Shown in pieces: positions 1 through 8,859 of a stretch of DNA of 58,083 bases. The DNA is from Candidatus Omnitrophota bacterium (GTDB lineage: Bacteria; Omnitrophota; Gorgyraeia; 2-01-FULL-45-10), in the NCBI GenBank assembly GCA_028699255.1, contig JAQVUX010000001.1, forward strand, positions 1 through 58,083, read 5' to 3'. Numbering within the stretch: the first letter of the stretch is position 1; the number at the start of each line of letters is the position of its first letter. Made by a program: the position numbers and the translations under genes. The notes under the pieces are model-generated. The model made no database searches, had not been told where the DNA came from, and saw nothing but the letters and a program-made list of their open reading frames with translations.

Positions 1-2078
<2,078 letters not shown>

Positions 2079-2179
2079 TTTTTAAATTTTGAGGTAAGGT
2101 TCGCCCTGTGCTTATATTTATCATTGTGTGTTGTTCGAGATTTTGAAATTTCCTAAGAAGGTCGTGGAAATAGTTTTAT

Positions 2180-2295
2180 GCTGGTGCTATTAGCGAGGGG
2201 GTCACACCCGTTCCCATTCCGAATACGGAAGTTAAGCCCCTCAGCGCCGATGGTACTTACCGGGCAACTGGTTGGGAGAGTAGGCCAGTGCCAGC
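2180..2295 (+). rRNA. rrf: 5S rRNA
   Basis: About 116 nt, located ~100 nt after the 23S. It carries the conserved cccgttcccattccgaacacgg-like core (cacccgttcccattccgaatacggaagttaagc) and ggtgggagagtagg-like 3' part (ggttgggagagtaggcc). The 5' gctggtgc pairs with the 3' agtgccagc (helix I). Confidence 0.95.
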
Positions 2296-2303
2296 TTAAA
2301 TAT

Positions 2304-2338
2304 ATCCCGCCAAGAGTTATTTCTTGGCGGGATTTTTT
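2304..2338 (+). terminator. Rho-independent terminator of the rRNA operon
   Basis: Perfect 12-bp stem atcccgccaaga / tcttggcgggat with a 6-nt loop, followed by a T6 run. Confidence 0.9.
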
Positions 2339-2354
2339 ATCGATATATTTTTGA

Positions 2355-2582
2355 TTATTTTTTATATTTTCGGTAAACTTCTTTACGTACGGGGCATTTG
2401 CAGAATCCATTATATCCAAAATGAGTATAGTAATAGCAGGGCTCAGCTTTTTTCTTAATCACGATAATTGGCCCGCTCGCGATCTCGGAGACTACCGGGC
2501 AATTTTCGCCATTTTCCCGCAGGCAGGCTTTATTTTTAGAACATAAATTTGCGCGCTCTATAGCTTCTTTATTTATTTCCAT
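2355..2582 (-). CDS. Small cysteine-rich hypothetical protein (75 aa from the internal Met; the ORF stays open back to a GTG at 2633)
   Basis: ORF track entry 2355..2633. Seven Cys residues lie in CxxxxxC / CPV / C..FG...C.CPV context. No family recognised. The start is uncertain. Confidence 0.45.
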   Translation of the reverse strand: MEINKEAIERANLCSKNKACLRENGENCPVVSEIASGPIIVIKKKAEPCYYYTHFGYNGFCKCPVRKEVYRKYKK

Positions 2583-2844
2583 GTCGTTTTTGGTTGACGT
2601 AATAGTATTTACTGTATCGTTTTTCGGTTTCACTCAGAATCGTTTTGCAGGTGCTATCTATGAATTTCTTTCTTAAGGCGGGGTTAGCGGCCATAGAAAC
2701 CCATAATGCCCGCGATAGCTTGCCAAGAGAAAGTTTTAATCCCGTCTCACGCCGTATTTCCTTGGCAGTACCGTTTATTATGGTTCTTATGCGATTATTT
2801 ATTCTGTAAGATGTTTTTTGGCTGTACTTTACATCCGTATTCAT
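2569..2844 (-). CDS. Small basic hypothetical protein (91 aa), possibly DNA-binding
   Basis: ORF track. Lys/Arg-rich. It overlaps the downstream Cys-rich ORF by 14-65 nt depending on the chosen start. No family recognised. Confidence 0.4.
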   Translation of the reverse strand: MNTDVKYSQKTSYRINNRIRTIINGTAKEIRRETGLKLSLGKLSRALWVSMAANPALRKKFIDSTCKTILSETEKRYSKYYYVNQKRHGNK

Positions 2845-2938
2845 ATTATCATTCTATGAAGAAAACGGGTAAATTAGCAACAACTATTTTGTCTGACATT
2901 TTTTTGGCTTGAATTAAGCCCGGTTTTAGACTATTATT

Positions 2939-3316
2939 GTGATAGACAATTTGATTATTTCACAATGGAGGTCCGATATGGGCAAGACGCTCATAGTTTT
3001 TTGTATCATGATAACGGTAGGTATTTGCGCGACAGGCGTTATATGCGCCTGGGAACAGACCGATGACCCCGATCTCAGGGTTTTTGAAGGCAAGATTACT
3101 GCTGTGGATGTATCTAATTCCACCATTACCGTCAATGGGGGCATTGAGATGAAATTTCAGATTTCGCAGGATACCGATCTTGAGAAAAGCACATATGATA
3201 TAAAGCTAAGTGATATCAACGTCGGCGATTATGTTACAGTCGAATACTACCGGAGTGGCTCAGAAAGCCGTGTTCCTGAAAAGGTTGTTAGGGTGATGGT
3301 CGAGAGTTGGGAATAA
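2939..3316 (+). CDS. Membrane-anchored hypothetical protein with a small beta-barrel-like C-terminal domain
   Basis: ORF track. Hydrophobic N-terminal segment (LIVFCIMITVGICATGVICAW). A more likely start is the ATG at 2978 (MGKT...). The C-terminal pattern G.I.AVD....ITV.G......I...T........SDI.VGDYV.V.Y resembles DUF5666-type domains, which is a guess. Confidence 0.5.
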   Translation: MIDNLIISQWRSDMGKTLIVFCIMITVGICATGVICAWEQTDDPDLRVFEGKITAVDVSNSTITVNGGIEMKFQISQDTDLEKSTYDIKLSDINVGDYVTVEYYRSGSESRVPEKVVRVMVESWE

Positions 3317-3340
3317 ATTATTAAATGGAGAAGGTATGAT

Positions 3341-4023
3341 ATGAATAAAGCGATTTTTTTATCCGGCATAATCATAGCAACCATCGCCTTATCGTTGACA
3401 TCCAATGCGTACGCTATTGACGACAGGCTCGAAGTGCCAAGAGTAGCCTATGATGAGCCGAAGGACCAGTCCGTAATAGACCTGTCGCAAGAGAATAAAC
3501 TGACGTTTAAGTGGAATATGGTGCCGATGCCTGCCGGTGGCAGGGAGGTGTTCAGGTTTAGAGTGTATAAAGGTTTTAGTTATGATGTTCTTGTTTCTGA
3601 AGATTTAGATCATAGGATTTTTCGGTTGACGTTACTTCCGATAAATTTGCCGACGGACAGACGTATACGTGGCGTGTGCAACAACGTGATGCGCGGACTA
3701 TGATATGGAGTTTATATGATACGTGGAGTTTCAAGGTTGTAAAAAAAGATAAAAATAAGGTGCAGGGCGTGGATCTCGTGACCGATGCTACGGCGGCGGT
3801 TGTTACTAAAGCGACGGCGCTTATGACCGGAAACCTTGAAGTAAAAATGGAGATAGACAATGATCGGGCCAAGCGCGAGCAAAATTATACAAGAAATGCG
3901 CTCGGGGAAAAAGTGCCGAAGACGACCGTAAAAAACCGTAGCGTAAGGTTATTGTCCTGCCGGCACCGGCCGGCGCTTGAAGGGTTGACGCCGTACGGAT
4001 ATGATGATATACTTCGAGTATGA
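3341..4023 (+). pseudogene. Secreted Ig/FN3-like protein split by a 1-nt frameshift at a T5 run (3618-3622). The cause could be a sequencing error, a pseudogene or programmed frameshifting.
   Basis: ORF 3341..3703 has a signal peptide and reads ...FRFRVYKGFSYDVLVSEDLDHRIF. It then runs into junk, while the +1 frame opens at 3616 and continues sensibly as DFSVDVTSDKFADGQTYTWRVQQRDARTMIWSLYDTWSFKVV... to 4023. That frame ends in an ATGA overlap with the next gene. Confidence 0.55.
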
Positions 4024-4346
4024 AGAATAGGCGCAAATCCCACAGATTTGATACTGCTTTCCAGATAAAATATTGTCCCGTCGAGAGCCGAAAGAGGTTT
4101 GGTTACACAATAGCTGAGAATATTTCCAGGGGCGGATTATGTATGCCTGCTTTGTCGACCTTGGTAAAAACCGGTAAACTTGTTCGATTGGAAATGAAGG
4201 AAAGCGGCGAAGATGCCCCCATCCCGGCTGAGGGCAGAGTTGTGTGGGTTAGGCATTTAAAGCGCAAGGCGTTGTTGAATGCGGAAGTAGGTGTGGAGTT
4301 TACCTCTGTAAAATCCGAAGACCTCGCGCAACTTATCCCGGCTTAA
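4020..4346 (+). CDS. PilZ domain protein (putative c-di-GMP receptor)
   Basis: Both PilZ signature motifs are present: RKSHR (RxxxR) and NISRGG (D/NxSxxG). 108 aa. Confidence 0.8.
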   Translation: MKNRRKSHRFDTAFQIKYCPVESRKRFGYTIAENISRGGLCMPALSTLVKTGKLVRLEMKESGEDAPIPAEGRVVWVRHLKRKALLNAEVGVEFTSVKSEDLAQLIPA

Positions 4347-4371
4347 AAATAAGTATTTTCCAGGTTACTGC

Positions 4372-4399
4372 ATAGCCCTTTGAAAGGGCTATTTTTTTT
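4372..4399 (+). terminator. Rho-independent terminator
   Basis: The sequence atagccctt-tga-aagggctat is followed by a T8 run. Confidence 0.85.
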
Positions 4400-4438
4400 A
4401 GCGATACCCTTGTATTTTATAAAACACATGATATACTT

Positions 4439-4678
4439 GTGTATAACAAGGAGGACGCGATGAGACCAGGGATAGGAATTGATGTTTTGATGATTATGGT
4501 ATTGTCGGTCATGGCTTTCGATATTTGCGCGGCAGATCCGGCGCAAAAAGACGCGATAAGGGCGGATAGTATGATGCGCGCGGAAAAGCAGTTGAAGGAT
4601 CTGCAGATAACGTATGGTTTGGATAACGCTGTCATGCCATCACCTGCATCCGGGAGTCAGGCGGCGAATCAGCGATAA
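4439..4678 (+). CDS. Small hypothetical secreted or membrane protein (79 aa)
   Basis: ORF track. aaggagg RBS-like sequence upstream (4449-4455 lies inside the ORF; the real start may be the ATG at 4460, MRPGIG...). Hydrophobic N-terminus. Confidence 0.4.
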   Translation: MYNKEDAMRPGIGIDVLMIMVLSVMAFDICAADPAQKDAIRADSMMRAEKQLKDLQITYGLDNAVMPSPASGSQAANQR

Positions 4679-4709
4679 GCAGATTGATATAATTTTGAGA
4701 ATCAAAATT

Positions 4710-4750
4710 ATTGTGCTATATCAGATTGCTCTTGATATAGCACAATTTTT
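4710..4750 (+). terminator. Rho-independent terminator
   Basis: 14-bp stem attgtgctatatca / tgatatagcacaat followed by a T run. A smaller hairpin aattttga-gaa-tcaaaatt precedes it. Confidence 0.8.
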
Positions 4751-4758
4751 ATATTAGT

Positions 4759-5448
4759 ATGGTTATAATCATGGGCGGACAGGCGCGACTAAGCAAGCTT
4801 TCCGTATTAGGACTTACCCTGGGAATACTGGGTTTTCCGGTATTTGTTTTTATCCCGCCCGGTATCGTATTGTCTATAGCCGCTTTATACAGAATAAAGC
4901 GATCCCACGGATTGTTAAAAGGAAGGCCGGTCGCTATCGCCGGCATTACGATCGGCATCCTCGCGCTTCTCTTTGCGGTTTCGGTCATCGTTTTACAGGA
5001 GAAGCATTACGGTTCGTTCAAAGTTCCCACGTCCTCGATGTGGCCGACTATTAAAGCCAAGACTACGATCTCGGCCGATCTGGAAGCGTATAAGAAGGCA
5101 CGTCCCGCGCGGGGAGATATAATAGTTTACGAAATAATCGATAAAGGCCGAAGACGCGTTTTATGTAAAAGGGTGATAGGGTTGCCGGGTGAGAAGATCG
5201 AGATACGGGCCGGTAGGATTTTTATAAACGGCCTGGCCTGCGATATTCCCGGAATACCCGACGGTATTGTTTATGCAAACGGCGGTGATTTCGGGAAAGA
5301 AGGGCAACCGGTCGCGATCCCCGTCGGGTTTTATTATGTTCTGGGGGACAATTCTTCGGAGAGTTTCGATAGCAGGCAGCATGGCCCTGTCGACACAAGG
5401 GATATAAAAGGGAAGTATCTATTTACGCATGCGGGGTTTTTAAAATAA
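4759..5448 (+). CDS. lepB: Signal peptidase I (S26) with an extra two-TM N-terminal extension
   Basis: S26 motifs SSMWPTI (catalytic Ser), KRVIGLPGE (catalytic Lys) and GDNSSESFDSR. Confidence 0.9.
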   Translation: MVIIMGGQARLSKLSVLGLTLGILGFPVFVFIPPGIVLSIAALYRIKRSHGLLKGRPVAIAGITIGILALLFAVSVIVLQEKHYGSFKVPTSSMWPTIKAKTTISADLEAYKKARPARGDIIVYEIIDKGRRRVLCKRVIGLPGEKIEIRAGRIFINGLACDIPGIPDGIVYANGGDFGKEGQPVAIPVGFYYVLGDNSSESFDSRQHGPVDTRDIKGKYLFTHAGFLK

Positions 5449-5449
5449 A

Positions 5450-6340
5450 ATGGAGGTGTTTATTATGGGATTCGGTATATTTTTGCTGGTGGCGGGTATT
5501 ATTTTTATATTTCTTATCGGAATAAGGATAGTCCGTCCTACGCATCGCGGTCTGGTAGAACGTTTCGGCAAATATAACAGATTTGCCACACCCGGATTTC
5601 ACTGGCTCATACCGATGATCGAGACCATGTATCAGGTCAACGTCACCGAACAGATGGTGGATGCCGAGCCGCAGGAGATAATAACGAACGATAACTTGAA
5701 CGCGAAGGTCGATGCTCAGGTTTATTTTAAGGTTAAAGCGGATGAAGAGAATGTAAAGAAATCACAATATAGCGCGAATAACTATCTTTACCAGATCGTC
5801 AACCTGGCACGAACGACGCTTAGAAATATAATAGGTACCCTGACGTTGAAGTCAGCCAATAGCGAGAGAGGGAAGATCAACGCAGAGCTACACAACACGC
5901 TTATGTCCGAAACGGCGAATTGGGGGCTCGAGATAGTCAGGACGGAATTAAAAGAGATAGACCCGCCGAAGGATGTACAGGAGACGATGAATAAGGTTGT
6001 TAAGGCGGAAAATGAAAAAGTTGCCGCGGTAGATTTCGCGACGGCCGTCGAAACGGTGGCGGATGGAGAGAGGCGCGCGCAGATAAAGAAGGCCGAGGGC
6101 GCCAGGCAGTCCAGGATCCTGCAGGCACAGGGTGAATCCGAAGCCATCAAACTCGTCAATGAGGCGGCGGAGAAATATTTTGTCGGTAACGCGCAACTTT
6201 TAAGAAGGCTCGAAACGGTTGAAAAAGCGCTGGCCAATAACGTAAAGATCATAGTGCCCGCAGACGGTCAGCTTGTGAATGTTATCGGGGACTTAGCCGG
6301 CATAGTGCCTTTAAAGAAGGATGAGATTTCAAAGAAATGA
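5450..6340 (+). CDS. SPFH/band-7 (stomatin/prohibitin-like) membrane protein
   Basis: N-terminal TM segment followed by a typical SPFH core (VRPTHRGLVERFGKY...ITNDNL...VDAQVYFKV...LRNIIG) and a coiled-coil tail. Confidence 0.88.
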   Translation: MEVFIMGFGIFLLVAGIIFIFLIGIRIVRPTHRGLVERFGKYNRFATPGFHWLIPMIETMYQVNVTEQMVDAEPQEIITNDNLNAKVDAQVYFKVKADEENVKKSQYSANNYLYQIVNLARTTLRNIIGTLTLKSANSERGKINAELHNTLMSETANWGLEIVRTELKEIDPPKDVQETMNKVVKAENEKVAAVDFATAVETVADGERRAQIKKAEGARQSRILQAQGESEAIKLVNEAAEKYFVGNAQLLRRLETVEKALANNVKIIVPADGQLVNVIGDLAGIVPLKKDEISKK

Positions 6341-6870
6341 CCAGACGAAATCACGTTTTTAACGCGGGAATAGTACTCGCGGTTTTTTTGCTGTCCACGA
6401 TTTTTACCTCGAACTCCAGGGGCGATGGAGAAGTGAAGGGTTTAAGGCAATACGAGCGCTGGAATAACGGCACTATCCGCTCCTGCACGCTTTTTGACAC
6501 GAACGGGCTTATGAAAGCAAAGTCCTTCTGCAGGAACGATGGGACGGTGGAAAAGGTCGAGAAATACGATCCCTCCGGCAATAAGATAGAAGAGGCTTTC
6601 TACGACGAGAGAGGCAAGTTAAAGACCGGCATAGACGGATGGTCCGCCATGCGATGGTGGTATAACGGTTCGCATCTTGAGTCGCAGATATCGTATGACG
6701 AAACGGGCACGCCCATGGAGAGGCGTATTTACAGCGAGTCGGGACGGCTCGTGCAAAGGCAATACAGGCATGATATAGATTTTAATCCGTACGAAGAAGC
6801 AAATATGGCGATGTTGTTAGGGCCGCAAAATGTGCCATGCACCGTCGAGAGAAGGCCTCAGCATGAGTAG
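6337..6870 (+). CDS. Hypothetical exported protein with YD/MORN-like repeats
   Basis: ORF track. ATGA overlap with the upstream gene, a signal-anchor sequence, and repeated Y(D/N)xxG(K/x)L-type motifs. Confidence 0.55.
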   Translation: MTRRNHVFNAGIVLAVFLLSTIFTSNSRGDGEVKGLRQYERWNNGTIRSCTLFDTNGLMKAKSFCRNDGTVEKVEKYDPSGNKIEEAFYDERGKLKTGIDGWSAMRWWYNGSHLESQISYDETGTPMERRIYSESGRLVQRQYRHDIDFNPYEEANMAMLLGPQNVPCTVERRPQHE

Positions 6871-6875
6871 GAGAT

Positions 6876-7054
6876 AAAATTTTTCGATCCCGGGAGGCAT
6901 TCCCTCTCGGGGTTGGTATTCCGCAGGGACGCGAAATTTGTCAGCCATGTGAAAATTTCGCTCGAAAAAAATTGCTCGGACGTTGCCTCGCAATTTTTAC
7001 GCCCTGCTTCATACCAACCCCTCGGGGCCCCCTTCAACGGGAATCGAAAAATTT
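6876..7054 (+). repeat. Structured palindromic intergenic element, family 1, copy 1 (near-identical to 15801-15979)
   Basis: Direct comparison with 15801-15979. Nested inverted repeats plus two internal hairpins (6931-6961 and 6967-6998). Confidence 0.85.
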
Positions 7055-7141
7055 CCGGGGCGAACGGGCAAGGCGCGTCATTGCGGCGCGGGCGGAATAA
7101 CCTCACAGGTTGGCAAGGTGTCAGCGTTCAGTAAGTAGTAA

Positions 7142-7167
7142 GTAGGGCACCCTTAAGGGTGCCCTAC
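7142..7167 (+). other. Perfect 11-bp GC-rich hairpin (gtagggcaccc-ttaa-gggtgccctac)
   Basis: Seen directly. Preceded by a gtaagta x2 tandem. No T run follows, so terminator function is uncertain. Confidence 0.6.
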
Positions 7168-7240
7168 AAATGTGGATAACTTTTAGATGCCCGCATCCAG
7201 TAGCGTGAGTAGTGACACCTGTGGTGATAAGGACTGGAAA

Positions 7241-7469
7241 TTTTTACGGGTGGCATAAGGCAGACTTTTTTCGATTATTGAGCGAGGCATGGGATGGGGG
7301 TGCCGCCGCTTAGGATTGATATAGTCAGAGCGGTACTGTCTGACTTAAAAATATCGTAATCAATCCTGGCGGCATACAGATACGCGCCTGGTTTAAATGT
7401 TGATTGTAAACCCCATGCCGAGCGATAAAGAAAAAAGGATGCTTTATGACAGGACCCGTAAAAATTTAT
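7241..7469. repeat. Long (~230 nt) multi-helix imperfect palindrome
   Basis: Perfect 14-bp outer stem aaatttttacgggt / acccgtaaaaattt. Inner pairings are cttttttc/gaaaaaag, (g)gcatgggg/ccccatgc(c), tgccgcc/ggcggca, aggattgat/atcaatcct and gtcaga/tctgac. Confidence 0.7.
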
Positions 7470-7479
7470 CGGAGGAGAT

Positions 7480-7719
7480 ATGAATAAATTGAAGATGCTG
7501 AGGATCGTGAATCCGGTTCTGTTTATTTCCGCGGTCGTGCAGATCGTGACGGGTGCAGGATTTGCGTTTCATGTTTTTGAATCCAGTCCGCGAGTGTTTA
7601 AAATGGCGCTGGAAGCGCACGAGTACAACGGGTTTCTATTTGCCGTGCTTATAATTACTCATCTTGTGCTGAATTGGGATTGGGTAAAGAGCCAATTTTT
7701 CAGGAAGGGCGTGAAATGA
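7480..7719 (+). CDS. Small two-TM membrane protein, hypothetical
   Basis: ORF track. ggaggag RBS 5-10 nt upstream. Two hydrophobic helices. Confidence 0.55.
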   Translation: MNKLKMLRIVNPVLFISAVVQIVTGAGFAFHVFESSPRVFKMALEAHEYNGFLFAVLIITHLVLNWDWVKSQFFRKGVK

Positions 7720-7720
7720 A

Positions 7721-8440
7721 ATGCGATTGAATGCATACATAGCGAAGGCGGGCGTTGCATCGCGGCGAAAGGCGACAGAACTGGTCAAGGCCGGTAAGGC
7801 CAAGGTCGGCGGCAAGGTTATGCTCGAGCCGTGGTATATCGTAAAAGACGACGATTCCGTAACGGTTAATGGAAAAGTGCTAAGGTCGGAGGAGCATCTC
7901 TATTTTATAATAAATAAACCCAAAGGCGTTACCGCGACGGTAGAAGACCCGCACGCTTTGAAAAAGATAACGCAGATGGTTTCAAGCCATCGCGCGCGGT
8001 TATATCCTATCGGTCGGCTCGACAAAGATTCACGCGGATTAATACTGCTTACCAACGACGGCGATCTTTGTTATCAACTGACCCATCCGAGATTTGAAGT
8101 CGAAAAGGAATATTGTGTAATAGTGTCGGGCACGCTCGACGAGAAGTCTCTAATGAGGATTAAGGGCGGTGTTTTTGATGAAGGTGATGTGCTCAAAGTA
8201 AAGTCATATTCCGGAGTGAAGAAATCGGGTGATGGCACCGCACTGCATGTAGTTATCGCTGAAGGCAAGAAGCGCCACCTGCGTCGGCTTTTCAAAGCAA
8301 TCGGAAATCCGGTCGTTGACCTGAAACGCATTCGCATCGGCGGGTTGACGCTTGGAGATGTTAAGGAAGGGAGTTTTAAAAAAATCGGACGGGATGATAT
8401 ATATCGGCTTACGATAAATAAAAGGAGCACGCATGCTTAA
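7721..8440 (+). CDS. rRNA pseudouridine synthase, RsuA/RluB family
   Basis: N-terminal S4 domain (RLNAYIAKAGVASRRKA) and the catalytic motif GRLDKDSRGLILLTNDG. Confidence 0.9.
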   Translation: MRLNAYIAKAGVASRRKATELVKAGKAKVGGKVMLEPWYIVKDDDSVTVNGKVLRSEEHLYFIINKPKGVTATVEDPHALKKITQMVSSHRARLYPIGRLDKDSRGLILLTNDGDLCYQLTHPRFEVEKEYCVIVSGTLDEKSLMRIKGGVFDEGDVLKVKSYSGVKKSGDGTALHVVIAEGKKRHLRRLFKAIGNPVVDLKRIRIGGLTLGDVKEGSFKKIGRDDIYRLTINKRSTHA

Positions 8441-8804
8441 AACCAACAAGATCCTTGTTGTGGATGACGAAGAGGGGTTTTTGGCGCTTTTAAGACAGGC
8501 GCTGGAAGAGAGAGGGTATGAGATAGCGACAGCGTCAAATGCCATAGATGCCGGAATAGAGATGTCCGGGAGTCTACCGGCGCTTATCCTGATGGACATA
8601 AAGATGCCGGGGATAGATGGCTTGCAGGCGGTTGCGGCGATACGGGATAATCCAAACACAAAAGACGTTAAGGTGATAGTGGTATCTGCGCTTTCAGATG
8701 ACTCGGATATCAATAAAGCAAAGAAGGTGGGTGCGGTCGATTATTTTGTTAAGCCAGTAGATATTGAGAAATTGGTGGGGAGAATTCGGGAGATAATAGG
8801 TTGA
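8433..8804 (+). CDS. Stand-alone response-regulator receiver (CheY-like)
   Basis: VVDDEE...MDIKMPGIDG...SA...K receiver signature. 123 aa with no output domain. Confidence 0.88.
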   Translation: MLKTNKILVVDDEEGFLALLRQALEERGYEIATASNAIDAGIEMSGSLPALILMDIKMPGIDGLQAVAAIRDNPNTKDVKVIVVSALSDDSDINKAKKVGAVDYFVKPVDIEKLVGRIREIIG

Positions 8805-8859
8805 CTTTTCACTTATAAACGATATAATAATATTTGCTTATAATGGAAAGGATGGCGCA

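Noticed and set aside
6858-7134. Similar-looking ORFs on both strands of the two repeat copies (6858-7106, 6913-7134, 15729-15917, 15746-16054, 15873-16094)
   Set aside because: The two nucleotide copies differ by a 1-nt indel (aaatttgtcag versus aaattttcag) that shifts every shared frame. The conservation tracks the base-paired structure, not the codons.
7171-7179. Perfect DnaA box TGTGGATAA in the large intergenic region, raising the question of an origin of replication
   Set aside because: A 9-mer is expected about 0.4 times by chance in 58 kb on two strands. There is no cluster of boxes, no AT-rich unwinding element pattern, and no dnaA or dnaN nearby.
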